64,000 nt of DNA from Octopus sinensis (Eukaryota): the NCBI RefSeq assembly GCF_006345805.1, contig NW_021832223.1, positions 1-64,000 of the forward strand, written 5' to 3'. The notes under the pieces were generated by a model that saw nothing but the letters and a program-made list of their open reading frames with translations, did no database searches and was not told the origin of the DNA. This document shows positions 37,052 to 50,700 of the stretch, one piece after another; positions within the stretch are counted from its first letter, which is position 1; every line of letters starts with the position of its first letter. A program made the position numbers and the translations under genes.

Positions 37052-39282
37052 TCACTCGATCTTCAGAAGGCCTTTGATTTGGTCTCTAGAAAGATACTGA
37101 CTCAAAAAATATTCGGCCTATCCATCGATTCGAACATAAAACGCTGGCTTTCGAATTTCCTCAGCACAAGGAGAGGGCGTGTATGCCTGAATCTCAAGAT
37201 TACTTCCAAATGGAGTTCCCCAAGGCTCCCCCCTCTCTACTGCTCTATTCAATTTATACCTATCCGACATTCCTAACCCTGAAATGGAAGACTCAATCAT
37301 TCTTGCCTACGCTGACGACCTACTCATTGGATCACCAAGGCCTCTCGAAAGCTTCTAAAAGAGCACAAGATCTCTTATTACAAATTCGAACTTGCTATAT
37401 CAAAACAGGATGAACATTTCCCCCGGAAAATCGTCCACTACCTTATTTACGTCGGACAAGAGACTTGGAAGCCGTACTGTTGATTTTTCTCTGGACAACG
37501 ATAAGATCCCATTCACGAAGAATTCTAAAATTCTGGGGGTCACTTTTGACATCCACGTGTGTTTTACTGCCCATTTAGAGAAGGCCATCGGATCCAGTCA
37601 GAAAAAGATTGGACTAATCAAATCGATTTTTGGCGGACTAAAGACACCGTTTCCGGCTCTCGGCACTCTCTACAAACAATTCATCGAACCAACAAATGGC
37701 TATGCCTGCGCCGCATGGGGTACTAATTTCTCATGGTCTAACCGCTTTAAAATTAAGACTACACTATGCCGAGACGCGGCTACCATAACGAAAATTTCCA
37801 ACTTGAACAACATTATCCCAACTCCGCTTGACCACCTTATTAAGAAAGATGGAAAGGGTTTCTTAGCCATCCAACAAGACCACGTGCCAAAAGACCTTAA
37901 TAACCAGAAGCACATCACCCCGATTCAATTCCTCACAAAAACTGCTCCCCGCCCGTCCCGCACTTGCGTTGGGTCCAGTGTCCAACATCGGGAAAGGCTG
38001 AGAAAGATCTTCAGGATTGTTGGAATCATCTAATTAATTACCCTAATTAACTGTTGGTGATTCTTGGGTTAAATAAATTAAAAAAATAAAAATATTGCCT
38101 TGTTCTTTGGTTTTAAGGTTGATTATAAGTAATTAAAAATAGTTTATTTTCTCTTCTTAGAAGAGATGGGCAAACGTTACAATTTATTGTAAGACCCTAC
38201 TCCAGCGCATTGCCTCATTAATCGAAAGGGTTACCGGCGACCCGTGTGAGCACCGGTATTTAATCGAAAGAATATCTATAGCCATAGTCAAAGGCAATAC
38301 TCTGGCTATCTGCCAATGACTATTTCTCTTTTGATTTGAAATATATTTTAATCTAAAAAAAAAAATTTATTGTTGTTTTTTTTAAACAGATTAATTTACA
38401 AAAAAGAAATAGAAGAAAAGCGTTAAGTGCCAGCGGCAAGGACGCTCTTTGAGAATTTATTGTTGTTATTTTAATATTTCATTTAATATTTCACTTTGAG
38501 AAGCAAAATGCAGGAAAAAGGATGTATAAATTGGCGGGTTTTAATTAAATTTGATATTTTCTTCTGTGTGAAATGTCCTAGATCCCTGTTCCAACGAAAT
38601 ATCCCTATTTGTGGAGTAGACTTCTTTATTGTTATTGTTCAATTAATTTTATGATAATTTATGTCGCTCTTATTTAAAATGAAAATTTTTTTCATTGTCT
38701 TATGAAAGATTTAGAATAATTTTACTGGTCTCCGAGCCTAGTGATACAAACTCCACAATTGACAGAAGATAAAAGTACTTAAAGTCTTTATCGACTCTTG
38801 CAGAGCAAAGTCCTTGAGAAAGGCAGAGGGACTTTCCTGATGTGTCTGAACGAAACGAAAACGAAAAATTTTTATTTTAAAAGGAGAAATTAGTCATCTG
38901 ACACGGACGCTTTTCATCAGCCGTGATAATACCAACAGTTTTTAGATTCCTTTCAAATTAGCATTTTGTAAAGTTTATTTATTATAAGCAAGATTGCAAT
39001 CCAACATGCGATAAAATATGAAATAAGAATATGAAAATAAGAATTTTCAGCATTAAAAGAATTAGAAAATAGTAATTTCACAAATTCGGCATAAAAAGGT
39101 CAAACTACATTTATCTCGTCTGGAAGAAAGTCTACGAAAGTCATTCAAGTGGTTAATTTAATCTAACAGCAATTCAAAACATTTTGAAGGATGTCGATAC
39201 ACAATTTATTATTTTTTGTTCAAAATTTTTAAGAAATTGGCATATCAGAGTACACATTTTTTAAGAAAGTGGCATATCGCAT

Positions 39283-39479
39283 ACCCGATGTTTATTTGCA
39301 AGATGCGTAGTAGGTTCTTCTTGGCAGGTTCAGGATTTTGTTCAATGCTTCCGGAAAAGAGAGAGGCAAATTTGGCGTATAAAAGAAAGATGGGTGGGAG
39401 CAATGGCATTGCGCCTGCTTCGGTGTCACCAACATCACGGAAGATAGGATCTGACAAAGAGTAGTTGTGGGTCTTTTGG
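39283..39479 (-). mobile_element. 5' fragment of Vingi-like family B with degenerate 2A
   Basis: CCAAAAGACCCACAAC (J4/2-P2'), SGSIEQNPEP, KKNLLRILQINI. Confidence 0.8.
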
Positions 39480-39521
39480 TAGTTTTGATTTTAGTTTTTA
39501 CTAAGATAATGTAAAAATTAA

Positions 39522-40190
39522 TTAATGTTTTACTGGGGAGAGGCTGACGCGATCGAGAAAAAGTTTGAGCGTACTATCGCGAGGAATATCCATCCAAAAA
39601 ACCATCCGATTCGCGGACGTCACCTGTAAGTTCGACATCCAAGACCCGATCTCCTGAACGAAGCTGATTGCCTTTCCGCCCAAAGAACCAGACATCTCAA
39701 CTGCGAATGGAAGGAATTGGTACTTCTCCACAAGTAAAGAGTACTTTCGTATCTTTTTACATTCGGTATTAGTGGCGATTGATCCAGGGGCGGATCCGGA
39801 CCTCAGCAGGTTCTCGGGCGAGAATGAGTCCACACACGTGACGTCACAGGTAAGTGACTCCCCTCTGTTGAAGGGAAACACAGTAATCCCGTCCGGGCTC
39901 TTTCTGTCCTCCCGATCAATCCTAGTGGGCTCGAGTATGGAGGGGATTCCGGCGACTTCTAAGGCTCTCCTGATGAGATCATTCAGAGCAGCGTGCCGCG
40001 GGATACGGCCAGATTTTCGCACCACAGCGGCAGACATGTGGCTTACATAGGCAAAAACGAAGGCGTAAACAAAACCCTGTCCTAACGGACTCATTGTCCA
40101 GAAAATTACCAATACTTGGCAGTAGAGTGGTATTTAACCAGGCACCGTTGTGAGGACGACGGGTCTTCTCAGAGCAGGCCAAACGATGTT
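39522..40190 (-). mobile_element. CRE-clade RLE endonuclease fragment
   Basis: RHAALNDLI, EDRKSPDGIT, DVTCVDS, FAVEMSG. Confidence 0.85.
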
Positions 40191-40404
40191 GATCGAGGGA
40201 TGCGCGAAATTTGAAAGAAAATTAAAATTGATATGAAAGAGAATTAGAATAGATGTGAAAGTAAATTGAAAAAATAAAAAATTAGAGAACAAAAACAACA
40301 ACGTTCAACAGCGTACAGAAAATTTTATAGCTTTTGGTAGTTAATCTGACGTAAATTTTCATTTGTCAACATGAAAGGGTGAAGGACATAGACAAATAAA
40401 TAAC

Positions 40405-40497
40405 GTACGACACTGTTTGTTCCCAGGCGGTCACCCAGCCAAGTACTAGAATAGCCTGTAATCGCTTAACTGCCGTGTTCAGATGGGAACGGGTATT
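40405..40497 (-). rRNA. 5'-truncated 5S rRNA copy
   Basis: Very similar to the 36564 copy; ends GTGTCGTAC; no T4 terminator. Confidence 0.8.
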
Positions 40498-40559
40498 AGT
40501 CGTCAAGAGACAAAAGTCGTGGAAGGATACAATGATGTTTACGGAAAATATTAAATAAT

Positions 40560-40900
40560 GTTATTTCTGCCAGAGTGCCAAACTACGGAGTTAGCACGTA
40601 CGAAGAACTGGCAAAAGCGAATTATAACTGTTATTGATAAGTATTTACTGCTATCCCGAACGTGCATTAACTAACTAACTTTTGGGAATCATCATTATTG
40701 TCCAATGTGGCCGTGAAACTGTCCGAAGAATTAAAAAATAATATTAATGTTTGGAAAACCTTCCATTCACACTGACAATGAGAAGAAAGTTGTCGACAAA
40801 AGAATTTCCCGATTGTGTGAGGAGTTCAAGATAAAGTGCGTTATTAGTTGTGCAAGATGTCCTTAAGTGCAGGGCCAGGTAGAAAGACTAAACCAATTTT
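40560..40900 (+). mobile_element. Degraded Ginger-type integrase core
   Basis: IHTDN...VQGQVERLNQ aligns with HSDN...SQGQIERYNQ of the 25768 element. Confidence 0.6.
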
Positions 40901-41309
40901 TAAAATATGTGTTGTCTTCCACCTGTTTGTCCGAAAACTTCAATAAATTTCCATAATAGGCCGAATAACCACTTTACATAACTTGATTATGTCTAATGCA
41001 TCTTTCAGAATTATGTTTAGGTATAATGTCAATCAGTCGGCAAGCATATATATAGCAAAGAAGAACTTAATCAATTATTCGCGGAATTGTTTTAGCAAGT
41101 CTACCAGATAAATACATTTTTCTGTCAAAACATAGTAAGTATGTATTATTAAGTTCAAATACTTAATGAGTCGCATTTAACCCACCGTTAGCTTTCGGTG
41201 CTACAACAAACGTCTTTAATGATTAAATAGATTTTGCGCCATCGTTCTCAGCCTGCTAGCACACAGAACCAGTGAAATTATTCTTTTTATTAATAAATTA
41301 AAACAAAAA

Positions 41310-42400
41310 TCAGTATCCTTTAGTGAGGTCAACTACATTTAATGGGACACCTCCATTTTCCATGGCATTGTAATTATAAATAAATTCTTGGGCAATTTGA
41401 GAAGGCACAGTGACTCCTGAGACATGGGGAGTTAAATACACATTCTCCATATTCCATAAAGCACTGTCCTCACCCAGTGGCTCATTCTCAAATACATCTA
41501 AAATCACTGCAGAAAGCCACTTTTCACTATACGACAGGTTATTTACAATATGCACCCCAATGCTCGGATAATTGACTCTTCGCTGATTACATTGCCGCGT
41601 CCAATGTTGATAAAAACAGGTGGTTGCTCTTTCTTACACACACTAAAGACGTCCCCGTCTAATAAATGACGAGTCTGATCTGTTGATGGGAGAACGTTAC
41701 ATATATAGTCCACATCAGCAATTGCTTCCCTAAGATTGTCAGTTGTACTAAATAATTTATTATATTATTACTAGATTTTGTCAATTTCTGGATTATCCGA
41801 GATATTAAAATCCTTAATATTTGATTTAACCGCAACGACAGTCATTCCCAGAAACCGCAATACTTTTGCAACTAAATCTTAATTGAATAGAATAACTCGA
41901 TTTCCCGATTACCCCATACCCCAGAATGCACACTGACAGTAAATTTAGAGGCCTGTATATCATAAATTCAGAACATGACCTACAATTTAGATATATAAGT
42001 AAACCATTTTTTAATTTTTTGAGCATCCCAAATGCCCCTCAGGTGACGTTCGTGGCAAATTATTTGGCCAAGGACGTACTCAGACATGTCTTGTGCTAAG
42101 GTTCCCTGAAAACGTGATAAAGTAATATTTCTCGTTTGGAGGGGTTTTATGAATTGTTCAACACCAGCGGTGGTTGACTGAATAAATTCCACGTTAGGTA
42201 TTCTATCCATCAGAGCGGGAAAGCAAAAACAGGGTGTTACCAAATATTTTGCGCTTTTTAGTTCATTGGTACAGTCTTTATTTTTATTATTATTGTGACA
42301 AACCGATTTTTGGGGGATAAGAAGTTCCTGCTATACTAATATTAGGTGCAATTTTTTTGATTGATTTTAAAACTTCATCCCCCACCACAAAAACAGACAT
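41310..42400 (-). CDS. D-isomer 2-hydroxyacid dehydrogenase (GhrA-like), 6 exons, intact
   Basis: Introns 42276-42303, 41980-42004, 41872-41896, 41748-41771 and 41527-41555 give one open frame. Motifs GYGVIG, NVLPST, INIGRG, LDVFENEPL, TPHVSG. Confidence 0.92.
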
Positions 42401-42899
42401 TTAGTTGTATAATTTATTATTTAAAAAAATAATTGAAATATTTATTTTAATTAAAATTTACTACAGTCGAACCCTGCCTTAAAAGCAAATTAACACAAAT
42501 TGCGGGGTCGACGAGACAAACTTACAAACTACTGGGTCCCTAGCATTTTGAAATAAAGTTCTCCGCGACATAATAAATGCAATTCCCTCATATTATTAAG
42601 CACTTCTCGCCTTGCCACAATAATTATAACAGGGCATGTGGAACACTGGAAACAATTTATTAGTTATTCCTCTTCATCTACATGAGCAATTGATCTCAGT
42701 GCTTCCAGATCCTCGTTTCATTTTATACACTTCCTCACTTTTTGGAGGTTATTTTGCAATACGACTTTCTTGGTTGACCACGAAAGCATTTCCCTTTAAA
42801 TATGAAATAATCTTCCAGTGCCACATTAGCTGGGGCAATGAGATCTATACGCAGAATATTGCCAAAAAGTCTTCATCTGGCGTAAGTGATATCTAGGCT

Positions 42900-44600
42900 T
42901 ACATCTTTAATCGTGCAGTTGTTGTAGATTCCAGAATCGAAATTCTGGCAGGCCAGTGCACACCGAATAACAGTCTAAGCTGTTTTCTGTGGAACGCAGC
43001 GAGAGCCGGTGATTCCGCAATCCTACAGGCCTAAGTGCGAGTGTATAAGTTTTACTTTTCAAATACATTGTACATACGTATCTGTATATTGACAACAAGT
43101 CCTTTTAGCCATCTCTTTTTAAGTTTTTACATTGCTACTCCAGCAAATATTTTCCTTTTGACTTAAGCTTGTTTACGTGTCGCCAGCGTTCATAAAGAAT
43201 GTTGTACCATTTTTTGATTTCGGTGATTTCCGTTTTAGCTTTATTAACGAAAAGAAACCATTCACTCAATTTATCTGTTGCATTTCTCATCAAAACCGTG
43301 AGAGTTTTGTTATCCTCGGGTATAAACTCTGCATAAAAGACTTTATATATTTTTTCTTTATCTCATGTTCTTTGACCACGTAGTGCGGCTTTAAGATAAA
43401 TCAAAAATAGCAAGGGAAAGAAGGAATCTCCCTGATTGTGGTTTTAAAAGACCTGGAAAGAGTTCTTCCAATTCTGATAGACAGTTCAGTACTGGAGAGC
43501 AACACTTGGATGATTTTTTCCAAAGATTCATCCACAAATTGTTTAAAAACCTTTATTAACTAGTGCCTACTGATAGTATCAAATGTTATAGAAATATCAA
43601 TCTCAAGGATGTTCGTGGTATTTTAAAATCTTTGAGCGGTTGCACAAAACAACCTATGGTTCAACTGTTGTTCATCTTGCTTTACGAAATCCACTATGAG
43701 AGATATTTTTCAGCCGGGCATTTTAACGGGTTCAAAATGACAGACAAGAGAACTTTGCGATGTGTTTAACAATATAACTAGACGCAAATTTTCTAGTGGT
43801 CTTTTTGGTTTGTTAGGTTTTTGTATAGATATAAATGTTTCATTTCCCAGGAGTAGAAACGAGTTCGACGTAAATACTTCGTTAAACAATGTTGCAATGG
43901 TTTTGAAAAAGCATTGGTCTATATTTTAGCAATTCAGGAAGAATCCTGTCCGGTCCTGTTCTCCTACGATTCTTCAGCCTACTGCACGCATTTTGAACTT
44001 TTTCGGATGTGATAGTTGTTCCCAAAGTCCATGTTTCTCTGATGAAGAATCCAGATTATAGCTAATCGTATCGAGTAATCTTTCAAAGTGGGAGGCGATC
44101 AATTCGACTTGTTTTTCTGAGTTTGAAATAAGTTTCCTATTCTTATTCATCACATGTATTGTTGCTTCTTCTTTTCTTTGACTAATCGGACTGCAGAAAA
44201 CATTTTTTCATTATTCTTTAGTTGCTCCAGCTCGTGAAGGTATGATAAAATAACATTCTTTGAGTGTTTATTGTTTAGTTTGAAGATTCTTTTCTTTATT
44301 TTATTCCGTTCAGTTTGAAGTTTGTTTTTAATATCTATATCCGTCGTATTAAGATTCTGTATCCATAGTTCCCGTTGTTCTTTTGCCAATCGGGATGGCC
44401 TAGTGACATGTTTCCAGATGTCCGCTGTCTCACAACAAGGTGAATTTTTGCAGCAAGGAAATAATGTTTTTAGTCTGATCCCACGAGTTTTGTATAGTCA
44501 TACTAGTCGGTAATGCATTCTGGCGGGTTCTCAATATCCTTTTGGTAGTTTATTCCCAGTCGGAGCTAAGACCAGCAATTCCTTCTACGATCGCTCAATA
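42900..44600 (-). mobile_element. Highly degraded RTE relic
   Basis: Linker ...MFSAVRL resembles ...MFQPVRL of the 18298 ORF. Confidence 0.55.
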
Positions 44601-45099
44601 AATTTTTATTAATAAAATAAATTGCTCAGAAATTATAATATTTTTTAATGTAAAATAATCAGTTAATTTTAATAAAAATGATATTTTTTTGACAAAATGC
44701 TGTTTACAGTACTTTTGAAATGTTGAAAAAATGAACGTGCTGAAAAGCATATTGGAAATATGGAAGTGTGATTCTCACCCGGTCTTGGCAAACATGTATC
44801 GTCAATACATTAAACCATGTTTTTCCTACTTTTGTGCTTCATGGGGATTAGATGGCCGCGCTGATATCTTCGATAGTAATTCAAAGTGGACCTAAGTTAC
44901 TCCTGACAATTATGAATTTTTTTAATACCATTACGCGCCATGTTTTCGCCGGTCTCAATAAAAGGAAAAAACTTGTTTGAATATTAGACAAAACAAATTT
45001 TTATATAAAAATGTCTGAAAAGATGAAAACTGGTATATAATATGTCACAGAGAGTCAGATTTTCCTTTAATTGCGAGGTCAGTGAACCGCGCTGCTTTG

Positions 45100-45860
45100 A
45101 ATTAGGTTCCCTGTTGGATGTGCCAATGGCCATGGAACCAAAGTAAAATAATTGCCACTCCCATTCCCCCCGTCGTACTTGAGCCCCCTTCAAGGAATAA
45201 ACCTGAACATGCTAACCTTCGTAATAAAGTCCACGCCAAGTTTATGGAAAATGATGTTAAAGCAGCTGTCCGCCTTGTGGCTTCCGATGACATTATTCCA
45301 CATCCGTCGGAAGAGCTTCTCGAGTCACTCAAACTAAAACACCCAGCTGCTCCACCGACTTCCGTGCTTTGCCAGCTCTCTCTGGAACCCCTACACATTC
45401 GTTTACTCCCTCGGAGATCTTAAGCTGCATCGCGAGTTTCCCCCTCAGCAGCAGTGGTGGCGTGGACGGTCTCCGTCCTGGCCACTTACGTGATCTGACG
45501 TCCCTGGTTATAGGCGAAGCAAGAACCCGCCTGTTGAAGACAATCACTGCCCTTTGCAATCGGTTTTTCTCCGGCGACATTATCCCGTATGCACGTGACT
45601 TATTCTTCTTTGCTAATCTCACTGCCTTGAGGAAGACTGATGGAGGAGTTTGCCCCATCGCTGTTGGAAATGTCTTCGGGAGGCTGGCTGCTAAGCTTTG
45701 TTGCAGACTCGTCTCTTCTGATCTTGGGGCATTCTTCGAGCCTGTCCAACTCGGAGTTGTTGTCAGGAATGGATGTGAGGCTGCCGCCCACGCCATGAGA
45801 TGTTATATCGCCAATGCGTCAGCCGATTCTCGCCCTGAGTTGAAGCTTAAATGCATTGAG
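45100..45860 (+). mobile_element. CRE-clade RT N-terminal fragment
   Basis: SSGGVDGLRPGHL, LTALRKTDGGVCPIAVG, VQLGV...GCEAAAHA. Confidence 0.85.
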
Positions 45861-46080
45861 GTATTTGATTAATTAACATTAATTAGGCGGAACATAATTA
45901 TCATGACATTTACTTGATCGAAGATGAGAATGGTGAAAAAACTAACGTACATACATGGTGAAAAAACTTCTAATGTAAATTTTAATTATTATCTCAATTT
46001 TAACCGATAACCGAAAAAAATTGTCTTGTTATTTTTAATAAAGAAAAATTAACCATTTGATTAAAATTAGTAATTGACTT

Positions 46081-47631
46081 CTAAGAGAGCCAAGATTTAA
46101 TTATATTGATCGCCTGATTCCTTGCAGATTTCAGACTTATGCTGTCAAAAGATGGTGACGACTTCCTCAAGTCAGATTGATGAACAGCTCCGGAGATTTC
46201 AATGACAGTAATCCCCTCGTTAGTCGTGTTATGATAGCATCCTCCATTAAAGGGGTCAAATTCTCCATTGGTGAATATAATATTCGTAAATGAAGACAAA
46301 TCATTAATATTCGTATTCATAATATTGAATTTCCATTTTGGAATTACATTAAAATTATCCCAACAGGTCTGCTCTATGTTATCAACATCAAAATCCATTT
46401 CAGGAAACATGTTGTTTGAACTTTGTCGCGAACATAGATAAAAAGGCATTTCAGTGCAAAACTAAAATGTTCTTTCATTTAAAAAACCTGGAAATGTTTC
46501 TCAGTTGAAAACGAAGAGTCAAATATATTGGTTATGTTAATACATTCCGTTTGGCTATCATTTTGAAAATAAAATTTAAGAGTATTATATAAGGCTGAGA
46601 CCAATTCATCTCTTTTCATGTTTGGAGCTGAGAAAAATTCTGAGATTTTCTAAAAATTTTTAGCACAAACAATACATCAAGTGGGCGGGCTGGTAAATTC
46701 TTTAAAAGTGTTGAAGGAGTTTCGTAGTTAGCCATTGCCGCCACTGAAAACACATCTTGTATATTCCAATAGGCCATTGAAAAATCATGAAGATCGCAAA
46801 TTTTAAGTTTACGAAGTGTATTGTGTTGATATTCTAAACTATGTTGACTTAGATCAGACTGAGGTAATCAATTTTGACGAGTTTAAGGACATTTTTAATA
46901 TTTTCGACCGAGTTTGGATTTGCTTTTCGAAAAGCCTTTGTGGTGATTTCATAGGGAGAACTACAGTCAGCGTATCCGTTGAACATCATAATAGGAGCAG
47001 ATGAGGCAAAAGCGCTATTTTAGATTACAGGGTCAACCCAGTTATTTTTGCGGGATATTTCATCCTCATTTGAACTGCCAAGATCCCTGCATATCCTCCG
47101 CCAATGGTTATGACCTTCTCGTCAGGAAATAATTCATAAATCAATCCAATGTAGTCTTCAATTGCTTGTTGAGATGACAAATAGGGAAATGGTTTATTCT
47201 AAACATTATAATTGTGTTTAACATGATGGGTATTCTTTGGGATTGACTCGCCGTAATATCGATGTTCAGCAAATATGATAAATGCGTTTAATTCAGCTGC
47301 AGCATTCCATACAAATTCCTATTTAAATAAATGGAACAAAGGACTAGGTTCTCTGCAAATTTTTCAATTCGGTCTTCGTGTCCGGGATAAAAAAGGACTG
47401 GACCGCCTGGTTTATGATACTTTGAAGAATATATGTATTTCATAGAGAATTCATCCATGTTGTAGGGATCAAAGTGATCGACCTGCAATCTGAAATACAA
47501 TTTGTTACTTGTGTATTGAACCATTCAATATGATAGTTTTCTACTTGTTTCGAATCGACCTTTTTGATTTTGATGCTAATTTCAGATGCCACTTGGTGAC
47601 ACAATAATATATAGGGCAAAAAGAATTTCAT
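46081..47631 (-). CDS. Peptidase S28 (prolylcarboxypeptidase/DPP7-like) homologue, 8 exons, nucleophile Ser replaced by Gly
   Basis: Signal-like N-terminus, QVDHF, FAEHRYYGES, YLSSQQAIEDY, GGGYAG, FASSAP, CTEM, NGEFDPF, GAVHQSDLR; seven introns of 23-26 nt. Confidence 0.88.
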
Positions 47632-47766
47632 TTTAATATTTATAATCCTTTATTTAAATATCACAATTTAGGCAGCCAACGTAAAATTAAAAAAATCATA
47701 TTTAATAAGATACATTATAAATAACAATTTTCCAAGTATTTCCAATATAATCCACTCCAAATCTTA

Positions 47767-50700
47767 GAGTACAAGGTCGTCTGTCGTTGTGGGTCACCTT
47801 CTCGCGGTGGTAGATGATAGTTTTATACTTCGAAAAGACCCACAACTACTCCCCTGTCGGATCGGATCGATTCCGCGACGTCGGTGGCAGCAGAGCAGGC
47901 GCAAAGCCGTTGCTCCCAAGGAGCTCTTTGCTTATCAAACTCACCCTTTTTCTTTCCGGAGACATTGAACCAAATCCTGGCCCCAGTAAGAAGAACCTAT
48001 TGCGTATCTTGCAGATCAACATCAATGGGATTGCTCAGAAGACTGCTGAACTTTATTCCTTCCTGGAGAAGCACGACGTGGACATTGCTTTGGTGCAAGA
48101 AACGAAGCTCTCGGCCAAAAATCGCTTGCCAGATTTCCCTGGCTATTCTTACATCCGTCGGGACAGACCGGGCTCTGTAAATGGGGGTGGCCTACTAACT
48201 CTTATCAAAAAAATCCATCCCGTTCACTAACTGTACCTCCCAAGCTTACTCGCTAACATACCTCCTCACTCGTCATGTCCTCATGGATGGACCCCTTCTA
48301 TTCAAAACCTCCAGTCCCTCAACAATGTCATTATTTGTGGTAATATGAACGCAAAGAGCCCGATATGGCTAAAAAATCAATCTCTCAACTCAAGAGGATC
48401 TCTACTATTCGACCAAGTTGATGGTTTAGTTATCCTCAACAATCCCTCATCTCACACCAGAACACCGTCAAGGAAAGGCGACGCAATTTCTTCTCCTGAC
48501 ATCTCTCTATGTACCCCAATTCTGGCCCCTGTTACTTCTTGGAAGGTCATTTACGACCTAAATTCCGATCACAACCCGAATTATTATTGAGAATGCCCTA
48601 AAATCCAACATCGACATTCAACGGCGTTGTTATACGAATTACAAAAGAGCTTCCTGGGACGACTATTGCCTCGCTTTAGAAAAATCATTGAATGATTTCG
48701 ACATTATCAACTTTCGTTCGACTGACGCAGCAGTCAATTATGCACTTATCATCTCCACCTCCAAAAAATTCATTCCTCAAGGAATTATACAAAATTTCTC
48801 CCAAAGTTACAGCCACGAAGTAAACGCCCTTACAAACTGAAACGGGAAAATGGACAATCTGCTGTGTCCTTTATAGAACTGAGGAATCTAAACAAACAAA
48901 TCACTGCTGCCATAAATCGGCATATTGACTCGAAGTGGAGTCAATTTATTGCTTCTATTGATTACAGATCCAATTCCTCCAAAATTTGGTCAACCCTTAA
49001 GGGGATGAATGAACTGATGTTCGAAAAGGCAAAATCGCATGAGTCTGTTGTTTCTCGTCCCCACTTAATCCGGTTCAATTACATTTCATTAAGTCACAAA
49101 ACATCTAACAAAAACGACCGGAAAGTAACCAAATCTCTTAGAAGACTTCCCGTCAAAGATTCTATACCGACTTTCACTGCGGAGGAAGTCTCGCAATGCA
49201 TTAAAAACTCCAAAAACTCCCCTGCAACTGGCCCTGACAACATTTCAATCTATCATCTCAAAAGACTAGGCCCTAATGCTATCAAAGCAATAGTCTCTAT
49301 TTTCAACAATTCTGTTGCGAAAAACGAAATACCGTCCCTCTGGTAGAAATCATGTATCATTCCATTGATCAAACCAAACAAACCGGCTGGCATTCCAAGT
49401 TCCTACCGCCCAATCTCTCTTCTGTGCACGCTAGCTAAAATCATTGAAAGACTAATCCTTGCCCGAATATCCATACATTTGCCAACTTCCCATACTCAAA
49501 ATGGTTTTAAACCACGGCACTCAACAACTACTCACTAAACAATACTTTCGCTATCTGTGCTGGACGGCTTCAATAAGAAGAGACCCCCAAAACGAACAGT
49601 ACTAGTTTCAATCGATGTCTCAAAGGCGTTTGACAGCGTCCCTCGATATGGACTCAGCAACAAAATTTTAAAAACAGACCTAACTAAACTCAAACTTCAA
49701 ATCCTGGCTTGCAAACTTCTTATCGGGTCGAATGGGATACGTCTCCCTTATGGACCACTGTTCAAAATAACGCTATCTTCCAAATGGGGTACGCAGGGTT
49801 CTGTGTTGTCCCCTTCCCTGTTCAACTTATATTTACATGACTTTCCAGCTAATGACCCAAACAACTTGACATTATCTTACGCAGATGACATTATCATTGC
49901 TTCTAAACACGCAGATTACATATCAGCCTCTCTCAACATCCAGCAACAATTATACTCAGTTGAGAATTGGTTCATTGAAAACAGACTCGAGGCTTCGCCC
50001 TCGAAATCATCGGTCACCTTATTGTCTTCCGACAGAAGACAATCAAACCTTCACATGAAGTTATCTCCCTTTGGTTCTGACCTCCCACTATGCAAAAACC
50101 CTACTATCCTCGGACTTACTTTTGATCCAACTATGTTCTTCAACAAGCATGTCTCTAACATTTCTGACAAGGCAAAAAGACGCACAAACATACTAAAAGC
50201 AATAAGTGGTCACATTACAGGCGCCCAGAAGCCACTCCTCAAACGAGTTTACAAACAATACATACGGCCCGTATTAAGTTATGCGAGTCCAAGCTGGGCG
50301 CCCTGTCTATCCATAAACTCGACAATGGCACTTCAATCAGTACAAAACAAGGCCATTCGCACAATTTAAATCAACCCCAATTGATAACCTCCACTGTGAA
50401 ACAAACCTTTTTCCAATTGAAGATCATCTAAATATGAGAGGAGCGCAATTTTTATTTGCATCTCGAATTGCCTATCATCCATGTTCTGCTCTAAATGTGC
50501 CAAACGGAAATTTTCGTTCAGTGAAGAACACGCCGGCGAATCTATATTTCCGGATCCTTGCTAAAATTGATGGCCTGCGCCAATGTCCATATCCAATGAA
50601 GAGAATTCACGATTCGATATCTACGTCAGCTATTTTTAAGCTGACGCCTAACTCCGTACTCAATAAACCTCCTTCTGACGTTCACTGTTCTGAATTGCTT

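Larger units (their letters stand above)
35033..38092 (+). mobile_element. Ingi/Vingi-like LINE, family A copy 3, with internal foreign insert
   Basis: Pseudoknot 35033-35108, 2A LSILLPGDVEENPGP (35177-35221), APE, RT from LDLQKAFD, C-terminus HRERLRKIF, (TAAA)-like tail. Confidence 0.88.

Noticed and set aside
38803-38856. Hammerhead-like CTGATG...GAAA next to a hairpin
   Set aside because: Core reads CUGAUGU, stem II is only 2 bp, and no stem III or NUH site is present.
42472-42620. Tigger-like end TA|CAGTCGAACCC
   Set aside because: No matching opposite TIR found nearby.
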